Source: a virus
Lineage: Duplodnaviria > Caudoviricetes
Virus record (IMG/VR): IMGVR_UViG_3300050336_000030
Length of the DNA: 64,000 bases
Strand: one strand, 5' to 3'
The notes under the pieces are model-generated. The model made no database searches and was not told the DNA's origin. It saw nothing but the letters and a program-made list of their open reading frames with translations. Shown here one piece after another: positions 51,976 through 59,610 of this stretch. How positions within the stretch are numbered: position 1 is the stretch's first letter; each line of letters opens with the position of its first letter. The position numbers and the translations under genes were made by a program.

Positions 51976-52155
51976 CTATAAAATCTTCCTTTCATTTAAT
52001 GTAAAACACTACATATTGAGCTCTATATATTAATAATAATTAAATATAACTATATATAGTGTTTTTTATTTTTTTATTATTGACAAACTTATTAATAAGT
52101 GCTACCATAAAATGGTAACTATAGTAAATATTCACCATATAAGGAGGGCATAATT

Positions 52156-52803
52156 ATGCCAAATATTACACTTCAAGATTTAACAGCAATGCTTCACAAC
52201 ACATCTCAATCTAACGGTGGCCAATATGATTTAGTTCATGTTGAAACCATCATCAAAACAGACTCCCCAATTCCTCAAGACAAATACTGGTATGTTCCTA
52301 GTGGAGTTACTTCTAATCCAATTGCTGACACGGTATTTAAATCATTAAATATGTCAATGTATCCAACATCCGAAGAAGAACTTCTATCTGGAACACAAGA
52401 CATTTTCGACCAAGCTAAATCTGGTAACTTTGAAGGAACACTAGAAGATTCATCAAAATTGATGATGCTTTCATTGATGAAAAAACAATCCATTGAACCA
52501 TTAGTTGGTACAACAAATTGTTACAGATTGGCATATGATTATAAAATATTTCCAGTAAATAATAACTTCGATTTTAAAGTTCAATTACCTTTTAGTGGAC
52601 TTGGTATAGTTACTGGAGGTATTGTACAAATGACAATTATAATGCCTCTCAATTCTGTTCTTGATTCTCAAGCGACAGAAGGTGTTGCTGTAAATGGACA
52701 GAAAATAGAAGAATTAATTACACCTATTCAAAATATAGGTAGAAACATAATAAGTTTCAAATATCAAAACGATCCAATGTTTACGATTAGATATCATTAT
52801 TAA
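52156..52803 (+). CDS. moron: 215-aa unknown protein with its own promoter and terminator
   Basis: TTGACA 52080, 17 bp, TGnTACCAT 52103; GGGAGTG/CACTCCC terminator after the stop. Confidence 0.8.
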   Translation: MPNITLQDLTAMLHNTSQSNGGQYDLVHVETIIKTDSPIPQDKYWYVPSGVTSNPIADTVFKSLNMSMYPTSEEELLSGTQDIFDQAKSGNFEGTLEDSSKLMMLSLMKKQSIEPLVGTTNCYRLAYDYKIFPVNNNFDFKVQLPFSGLGIVTGGIVQMTIIMPLNSVLDSQATEGVAVNGQKIEELITPIQNIGRNIISFKYQNDPMFTIRYHY

Positions 52804-52843
52804 TTGCAGTAGAGTAGGGGAGTGTTAGTCACACTCCCTTTTA

Positions 52844-53017
52844 TTACTCATTTTCAAAATTAGCTTCCTGCATTATTTTCCCTGCTTCAGCAATTAAGTT
52901 AATATGATTTGTACTAACTATAATTGAGTACAATCCAGCAATAATATTATTTTTTCTTTCAATATTCTTGTTAAGAGTTTCAATTTCATTTTCTAGAGCC
53001 TTTAATTCATCAATCAT
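52844..53017 (-). CDS. small coiled-coil protein
   Basis: ATG behind GAAGGAG. Confidence 0.6.
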   Translation of the reverse strand: MIDELKALENEIETLNKNIERKNNIIAGLYSIIVSTNHINLIAEAGKIMQEANFENE

Positions 53018-53103
53018 TTTTATTTCTCCTTTCATTTTTTGCATTAAAAAAGCACCCTCTATCGGTGAGATAGAAGAGTGCCTGTATGTAGTTAGTATTA
53101 AGT

Positions 53104-53448
53104 TTAATAATAAATTCTTATGTATCCCATTTCGAAACTAATCGTAATCATATCTTGCGAAGACTGAAACGCTATGTAAATAACACTGTCAGCAAGAAAT
53201 TGATTTAATACACAATAAGGTTCTTCATGCAGTCTATTATATCCATCTAATCCATTTATAATATCGCCGTCACGCTCTAATGTAAGATTATATAATATGT
53301 ATTCACGTGGTTCTTTATCTCCAAAATATTCACAGATTCCGTATGGTCTTGGATTTTGCCAACTCTCATGTTCGTCTAAAAAAGAGATTAAGTCGTCTAA
53401 CATTTCATCTGTATCAATGTTGAAGAAAGGATCTACTGGTTTAGACAT
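53104..53448 (-). CDS. hypothetical acidic protein
   Basis: ATG behind GAGGAGGT, coupled to the upstream gene. Confidence 0.65.
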   Translation of the reverse strand: MSKPVDPFFNIDTDEMLDDLISFLDEHESWQNPRPYGICEYFGDKEPREYILYNLTLERDGDIINGLDGYNRLHEEPYCVLNQFLADSVIYIAFQSSQDMITISFEMGYIRIYY

Positions 53449-54352
53449 TGGCGGATACCTCCTCGACTGATAAATCACAAAACATCTCAGACGGCTCTTT
53501 CTTATAATACTCACATAGTGCAGAAAAGCTCTTAATAACATTTTCCCACTCATATTCTTCAACATACTGAATCCATGGTTGTTTTCCTCTTGCTTTTAAA
53601 TCCATATGGTATTTATTCTTTAGTTGTTTATATAATTCGTTCCACAATGTTCCGTAATTAGTATGTATTGTTTTTGATAGTTTCCTTACTGCAAAGTTTA
53701 TCCTACTTCGATCTTGCCATTCTAGAATTCCATTGGCTAATGCTTTATTTGACTGTTCAAGTTGAGTAATATGTCTGTTTTTAAAAGCAATTAAATTCGA
53801 TGAAGCGATAGCAACAGCAGTAGCATTACCACTTGCGACAGCCATGCCAATTTCAAGCATAAGCTTTTGTTCATCATCAATATCTTTAACTTTAGTTTCT
53901 CCATCAACCTTTTCTTCGATATTTAAAAGCTGCGTACGAATTTCTTTTGCAATTGAAGAATCTCTAAGCAACATTCCTATACGAAGAATTGCTCTGCGCG
54001 GAATTAGTATATTTAATTTGTTGGCAAATTTAATTCCATCTATTTCAAAATAACCTTTGAAATTAGTAGGTTGCAAGTCGCAACTTACTAAATATTCTTT
54101 TGTATCTTTGCCAGATAGTCTTTTAATTCCATCTTCAATTAATTCTTCATTATGGCGAAAAACAATTATCTTAATAGCTTCTTCGTCTACTTCATAATAA
54201 TTTGCTACCTGTTTAATCGTAGATAACTCAGTATTGGAAATAAGAAGTAAAGCCTTTACTTTTTCTAATACATTTGTTCTTTTAATTAATTTGTCTCTTA
54301 ATTCTTTACTTTCTAATAATTCTGTTTCATTTGATAATAATAATTCTTTCAT
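53441..54352 (-). CDS. antirepressor-like DNA-binding protein
   Basis: VANYYEV..EAI, RAILRIGMLLRDS.IAK.IR motif typical of phage antirepressor-like proteins. Confidence 0.65.
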   Translation of the reverse strand: MKELLLSNETELLESKELRDKLIKRTNVLEKVKALLLISNTELSTIKQVANYYEVDEEAIKIIVFRHNEELIEDGIKRLSGKDTKEYLVSCDLQPTNFKGYFEIDGIKFANKLNILIPRRAILRIGMLLRDSSIAKEIRTQLLNIEEKVDGETKVKDIDDEQKLMLEIGMAVASGNATAVAIASSNLIAFKNRHITQLEQSNKALANGILEWQDRSRINFAVRKLSKTIHTNYGTLWNELYKQLKNKYHMDLKARGKQPWIQYVEEYEWENVIKSFSALCEYYKKEPSEMFCDLSVEEVSANV

Positions 54353-54465
54353 ATAAATTCCTCCTAAAATTATTGATAAATTCATAGAAGTATAATATAA
54401 TGAAAGAGTAAGAGATTTTTATGTATGGCAGTCACATGTTCTTTGGTCGGAGCGGTGACTGTCTT

Positions 54466-54660
54466 TTATTTTCCACGTTTTAAGTTTGATTTGATTATGT
54501 CAATTGCAACAGTATTAAATAAATAACTACCTTTTGCCGTTTCTCTAAAATCAGTTTCTTTTAAATCCAATGACTTTGCTAATTTTACTAAATAAGCGGG
54601 TGTTATATCTAATAATCTTGCAACTTCTGCGGTAATAAAAACATCCCTTACGTCAGACAT
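54466..54660 (-). CDS. small MerR-like HTH protein
   Basis: TAEVARLLDITPAYL; own TTGACA-17-TATATT promoter (54714 to 54686). Confidence 0.7.
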   Translation of the reverse strand: MSDVRDVFITAEVARLLDITPAYLVKLAKSLDLKETDFRETAKGSYLFNTVAIDIIKSNLKRGK

Positions 54661-54733
54661 TTTACACCTCCTTGATTACATGATTAATATAACACATTAA
54701 ATATTAGATGTCAATCATTTATTTTGAATATTT

Positions 54734-54940
54734 TTATCCTATTTTTATTTCAATTGTATCAATTTTGGATATTTCTCTTTTAATAGCTTTAAACGTTCCT
54801 ATATAAAATAATAAATATAAAAATAAACTTATATAAGCTTGTTCTTTAAATATCAAAAACAGTCCTAATGGAAAAAACATTATTGATACTAACATTAATA
54901 CAATCGAGCTTATAAATCTAATTTTTAATAATTTATCCAT
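54734..54940 (-). CDS. small two-TM membrane protein
   Basis: hydrophobic 68 aa; SD AAGGAG. Confidence 0.6.
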   Translation of the reverse strand: MDKLLKIRFISSIVLMLVSIMFFPLGLFLIFKEQAYISLFLYLLFYIGTFKAIKREISKIDTIEIKIG

Positions 54941-55151
54941 TCAAATTCTCCTTTTTATATTGTAATAATTGGTAAAATAATGTAATATTATCTTTAGCCA
55001 AGGCTAAGGCTGTAACTCGTCAACATTTTTAAAAGCTCTTCGAGCAGTAAAGGTGGGTAGAGGAAAATCAGAAATTTATATTATTCTGAGTCAGTTCTGA
55101 CTCAAATCTCCAAAATGATTGTAGTAAATCCAATCAGAAAGGGGGTGAAAG

Positions 55152-55319
55152 TTGGAACTATTTACTTACTCTAGTTTTGCATCAGCAATTTTGTGGACTA
55201 TTAATTTAGCAGTACCCCAAATTCTTGATATTATTACTATTTACGTAGCAAGCATTTGTAAAGTAAAAGAACTTGAGATACATCACGGGAAACATAGTGT
55301 AAAAGCTAAATATAAATAG
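55152..55319 (+). CDS. putative type I toxin-like peptide (55 aa)
   Basis: MELFTYSSFASAILWTINLAVPQILDIITIYVASICKVKELEIHHGKHSVKAKYK; SD GAAAGGGGGTG; long structured UTRs. Confidence 0.55.
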   Translation: MELFTYSSFASAILWTINLAVPQILDIITIYVASICKVKELEIHHGKHSVKAKYK

Positions 55320-55551
55320 TACACGGTTACTCATTGTCCTCATAAAACAGTAAAGAGAACACCTACTGTAAATTTAGATATTTGCGTAATATCTGTCCAA
55401 GAGAGAAGCACATTCCTTTGAGGGAGGTTTGTGTTTCTTTTGTTTTCTAAATTATTTAAAAAACTAATGTTCTGTATTCCAATATTATCCATAATGTGCT
55501 ATTTTATTAGTTGTGTACCAGTTCTTTTGTTGTAGAAAGGATGGTGATAGC

Positions 55552-55656
55552 ATGGTGAATTTACATAAACCTGTTTTTGTTCATGAATACATACGCTTTA
55601 GACTTGGACGGTTTGAGACAGTATGTAAGCATTGGAGAAGCCTACCTGTAAGGTAG
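55552..55656 (+). CDS. 34-aa basic peptide
   Basis: MVNLHKPVFVHEYIRFRLGRFETVCKHWRSLPVR; SD GAAAGGATGGTG. Confidence 0.6.
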   Translation: MVNLHKPVFVHEYIRFRLGRFETVCKHWRSLPVR

Positions 55657-55941
55657 GGCGTAAAACCGTTCATCCTGGGCTAGGGTCAAACTCTCAAATT
55701 TGATTTGAACTTTTGGGTGACTGGTACACAATAAAAAATATTAAAAGGAATATTCAAATGGATAATAATAATATTAATGTACGTTTAGTAAATCAAGAAA
55801 AAGTATTAAATATAAGCGAAGATCAGATTAATATCATGAAAGATGTAATGAACCAAAATCCAATACATCCTATTGGTGAACTACCCCGAAGCTAAAGACT
55901 TCGTGGCTTCTTAGTCAATATCTCTAACGAGACAAGTTTAC

Positions 55942-57045
55942 CTAAGCTATCTTCGTAGTTCCTACGATTCTATTTCTCAAACCCTCGTTGAGTATATTTA
56001 TTGCTGCGTTTATATCTCTTTCATGATGAGTTCCACATTCTGGACAAGTCCATTCTCTAACTGACAACGGTTTCTTTCCATCAATATGCCCACAATTTGA
56101 ACAAGTTTGACTTGATGGATACCATGTGTCAATTCTTACGATTTCTCGTCCATACCAATTAGCTTTATATTCTAGCTGTCTTACAAACTCAGACCACGAT
56201 GCATCAGCCACTGACTTTGATAATTTGTGATTCTTCATCATGTTCTTTACTTTCAATGTCTCTAAAGCGATTACTTGATTTTCGTCAATCAACCTTTTTG
56301 ACAACTTATTTAAGAAATCTTTTCTTTGATTAGCAATTTTCTCATGTTGTTTGGCAACTTTGATTCTTGCTTTTTCTCTGTTCTTACTTCCTTTTTTAGT
56401 TCTTGATAAATCCTTTTGCAATTTTTTAAGTTTATTTTCTGACTTTCTTATAAATTTTGGATTCTCAATCATTTCTCCATCAGACGTTATTGCAAATTCT
56501 TTGATACCTAAATCAATTCCTATCATGTTGTTTGATTGTTTTATTTCTTTTTCATTATCGCAATCAACCAAAACAGAAACATAGTACTTACCACTTGGAA
56601 CTTTTAATACTGTAACAGATTTAATCAATCCTTCAAACTCTCTATGTTTCTTTACTTTAACCAATCCGATTTTAGGTAGCTTTATATACCTTTTTGAAAT
56701 ATAGATATTGCCACCTTGGTTATTCGTAGTATAAGAGTAGTAGTTATTTTTCTTACTCTTGAATTTTGGAAATCCTGTATCTGGTCTTTTGAAAAAGTTA
56801 TTATATGCTGTCTGCAAATTCATTTGAGCATTTGCCAAAGCAAGAGAATCTACTTCTTTTAACCACTCAAACTCTTTTTTATATTGAGCTGGAGTATTAT
56901 TGAGTTTCTGTTTCGTTTCATTATAATAATTGATTTTATCTGAAAGCATACGATTATAAATGAATCGTACACATCCGAATGTTTTTGCAAAATATTCTTG
57001 TTGTTCTTTATTTGGATAAAGTCTATATTTGTATGCTACTAACAT
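55942..57045 (-). CDS. tnpB: TnpB RNA-guided nuclease
   Basis: [21 protein letters not shown]...CPEC, RDINAA. Confidence 0.95.
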   Translation of the reverse strand: MLVAYKYRLYPNKEQQEYFAKTFGCVRFIYNRMLSDKINYYNETKQKLNNTPAQYKKEFEWLKEVDSLALANAQMNLQTAYNNFFKRPDTGFPKFKSKKNNYYSYTTNNQGGNIYISKRYIKLPKIGLVKVKKHREFEGLIKSVTVLKVPSGKYYVSVLVDCDNEKEIKQSNNMIGIDLGIKEFAITSDGEMIENPKFIRKSENKLKKLQKDLSRTKKGSKNREKARIKVAKQHEKIANQRKDFLNKLSKRLIDENQVIALETLKVKNMMKNHKLSKSVADASWSEFVRQLEYKANWYGREIVRIDTWYPSSQTCSNCGHIDGKKPLSVREWTCPECGTHHERDINAAINILNEGLRNRIVGTTKIA

Positions 57046-57140
57046 TTATAATCATCTCCTTTCTAAAATAATTATATCATAGTGATATCACCTTGTCAAC
57101 TAAAATATTATATGTTATAATACTTTTTGGAGGTGATTTT

Positions 57141-57287
57141 ATGATATCTGAAAACAATATCAGAGTACTTGTTACTATGCCAAAAGAAACAAAAGAAAAA
57201 CTTGAAAAGTTAGCTAAGGAAGATAATAGAAGTGTAAATAATTTAATTTTAACTGTTATCAACAAATACATTAATAATCAACCTTGA
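57141..57287 (+). CDS. Arc/CopG-like ribbon-helix-helix regulator inside the IS
   Basis: RVLVTMPKETKEKLEKLAKEDNRSVNNLI; SD GGAGGTG. Confidence 0.75.
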   Translation: MISENNIRVLVTMPKETKEKLEKLAKEDNRSVNNLILTVINKYINNQP

Positions 57288-57676
57288 TTTTCTATGTATC
57301 GTTTTAACGTTTCACTACTAACTTCTCCAATGCTTGAACAGAAATATCCATCAGTCCAAAATGTGTTTTCTTTCCAAAATTGTTTCTTTAATTCGTTTCG
57401 ATGACGACCATATATAATTTGTGTTGATTGTTGTTTTAAGGCTCTAACTATCATCAATGGAGATAGTTTTGGTTCACTTTCAATCATCATGTGTATATGG
57501 TCTTTATCTACTTCAATTTCTAAAATATCAAAGTCATATCTGTATGATATATCTTTCATTATTTGTTTTATTTCTTCTCCATATTTTATAAGAAGTTTCT
57601 TACGATATTTACATACAAAGATTATATGATATTTTATGTTATATTTACTATGATTTTTACTTTTGTAGTTGCTCAT
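57278..57676 (-). CDS. tnpA: IS200-type Y1 (HUH) transposase
   Basis: YHIIFVCKYR, DHIH, FWTDGYF, YIENQ. Confidence 0.95.
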   Translation of the reverse strand: MSNYKSKNHSKYNIKYHIIFVCKYRKKLLIKYGEEIKQIMKDISYRYDFDILEIEVDKDHIHMMIESEPKLSPLMIVRALKQQSTQIIYGRHRNELKKQFWKENTFWTDGYFCSSIGEVSSETLKRYIENQG

Positions 57677-58018
57677 ATTTTACGTATTCATCCACTAAGC
57701 TGAAGACTTAGCGGATTTCTACTCCTTTATTTAAAACACCTAAACTTGATTTTAATGTTATAAAAAATACTACAGTTGAAGAGTTACAAAAATTAAATGA
57801 CACTAATAATTATCTACTTCAAATAAATAAGCAATATCTAGACGAACTAAAACTTAGCAATCAAAATAATAAAGAATTACAAAATATTGTTGAATCGTTA
57901 AACAAAGATTTGCAAACTGAGCGTATTGCTAAAATCAGTGCTGATAAGAAAGCAAATAAGTTTATGTGGATATCATTAATACTCACAATTGCCGGAGTTA
58001 TTATTGCATTGTTGCAAA

Positions 58019-58129
58019 TTATTTGATTAAATATTTAATTAAAATTCCCGCCCACAATATAACATTTACAATAAGTAACGAATAATTAGCTCCTTCAAGA
58101 AAATCTGAATTATTATACCATTTATCCAT
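58019..58129 (-). CDS. 36-aa membrane micropeptide
   Basis: MDKWYNNSDFLEGANYSLLIVNVILWAGILIKYLIK; SD GGAGGA. Confidence 0.5.
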   Translation of the reverse strand: MDKWYNNSDFLEGANYSLLIVNVILWAGILIKYLIK

Positions 58130-58189
58130 AATATTCCTCCTAATTTTAAGCATAATAAAAGACGCTCATATTTCAGAGCGTCTAATAAT

Positions 58190-58459
58190 TTAACTTCCAG
58201 CTTTCCATCTATGTCCACATTGCAAACATGTAATATAAACATTTTGACTTCCTATTAATCCAGTAGTTAGAGTTATTCCTTTTTTATTAGCGGATACTTG
58301 GGTAGATAAACATTTAGGACACTTAACTACTCCTTCTAGATGAGCATTTTTAATGTTTTGCTCTCTTAATCTTTTTTGGTTAGATTCTTTTGCTTTTGAA
58401 CTAGAACTCATTAAATAAATAACTGCAATAATAATTAAAATTAAAACTAATCCATCCAT
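58190..58459 (-). CDS. TM-anchored Zn-ribbon protein
   Basis: N-terminal TM, CPKC...CLQCGHRW. Confidence 0.75.
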   Translation of the reverse strand: MDGLVLILIIIAVIYLMSSSSKAKESNQKRLREQNIKNAHLEGVVKCPKCLSTQVSANKKGITLTTGLIGSQNVYITCLQCGHRWKAGS

Positions 58460-58540
58460 AATAATATCACCCTTCGTTTTTTCTTATTATATAACAAATT
58501 CCATTATATAACAATAATAAATAAAAGAGTAGTACTAATT

Positions 58541-58660
58541 TCAAATAATATGAATCAACTTTTCAATTAAATCGGTAATTTTAAATATTATAACTATTAA
58601 TGTAGCTAATGTTATTCCGCATGTTGCACCTTTCCAAAAATCATCTGAAAAATTATGCAC
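58541..58660 (-). CDS. 39-aa membrane micropeptide
   Basis: GTG start, MHNFSDDFWKGATCGITLATLIVIIFKITDLIEKLIHII; SD AAGGAGG. Confidence 0.5.
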   Translation of the reverse strand: MHNFSDDFWKGATCGITLATLIVIIFKITDLIEKLIHII

Positions 58661-58753
58661 TAAATTCCTCCTTACACAAACAAATGTTTAGTATTGTATT
58701 AAATTTACATTAATGTTAATATATTCCTATACAAAAGATAGGAGATAAGCAGT

Positions 58754-59284
58754 ATGCAAGTAATAAATAAATTAATAGAGGAATTTGAAAATATATTTAC
58801 TATTATAGAAGAATCAAATAGTTATAAAATAATACAATATTTAAAACAAATCCCTCTATTATGCGCTCTTAATACTCAGTCCGCCAAAAACAGAGAATTA
58901 AGAACACTTGATCAACGCCATTTTCATCCAATAAATGTTTTTCGTGGAGATATTCACAATGCAACTATAACCGAAGGAGTTGGCAGCGAATTAAGTGGAG
59001 ATCACCTTGTTATAATAATACAGAATAAGACTAGTAATATATTTGGCGAAAAAGTAACCGTATTAGCAATCGAAGGTGATGGAAACTCAATTGATCTAAA
59101 ATATCAAATGAAATTGAGCAATGATGACCTAAGTTATGGACATCTTGATAAAAACCCTTCAAGAATTATTATCTCTGATATTATCACGATTGATAAATCA
59201 AGGTTGCAAAGAAAAATAGCAACAATAAATTCTACAAAAATGACAGAAATTAATCAAAGACTAAGAAAACAATTACAGTTATAA
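58754..59284 (+). CDS. orphan PemK/MazF-like endoribonuclease
   Basis: RGDI, GSELSG.H.VIIIQN...N, I.TIDKSRL. Confidence 0.8.
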   Translation: MQVINKLIEEFENIFTIIEESNSYKIIQYLKQIPLLCALNTQSAKNRELRTLDQRHFHPINVFRGDIHNATITEGVGSELSGDHLVIIIQNKTSNIFGEKVTVLAIEGDGNSIDLKYQMKLSNDDLSYGHLDKNPSRIIISDIITIDKSRLQRKIATINSTKMTEINQRLRKQLQL

Positions 59285-59346
59285 TTTTTTTTGAAAATAA
59301 TGAAAATAGTTGTTGCATTTTATATAAATTGTGTTATACTTAATAT

Positions 59347-59560
59347 ATAAATAAGTTATCAAGTCTGGCAACAGACATTGGCTATGAATTAATAGCTTTC
59401 CAGTGGAGGATATATAAATTAATTTTATAATATTCTCCACATATTTTTTTAGTAAATGAATATAATTATATAGAAGTAATATCAAGCCGAAAGGCATTGG
59501 TGAAAACTTCGTCAAGAAGAGTCATTAGAATAAAATCTTTTGGCTCTTCATTTTTTATTT
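59347..59560 (+). ncRNA. candidate ncRNA with two TATCAA-[GNRA hairpin]-ATTGG units
   Basis: promoter TTGCAT 59313 / TGnTATACT 59335; units at 59357-59381 and 59480-59500; terminator-like hairpins. Confidence 0.55.
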
Positions 59561-59610
59561 TTAAGTACAATAAAAGAGCCTATGTTTCAAGACTCTTAAT
59601 TAATATTGAT

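Larger units (their letters stand above)
55876..57730 (-). mobile_element. IS200/IS605-family element (tnpA, RHH gene, tnpB), target TTTAA
   Basis: related subterminal hairpins at 55885-55906 and 57691-57715; right end TTCAC; TTTAA abuts the left end; no target duplication. Confidence 0.88.
55758..58026 (+). pseudogene. 137-aa coiled-coil plus C-terminal TM gene interrupted by the IS605 element
   Basis: 55758-55875 joined to 57731-58026 is in frame (...HPIVKTPK...FMWISLILTIAGVIIALLQII*). Confidence 0.8.

Noticed and set aside
54995-55140. c-di-GMP riboswitch in the toxin leader
   Set aside because: The characteristic GGCAAAC/GAAA/GCAAAG core could not be found.
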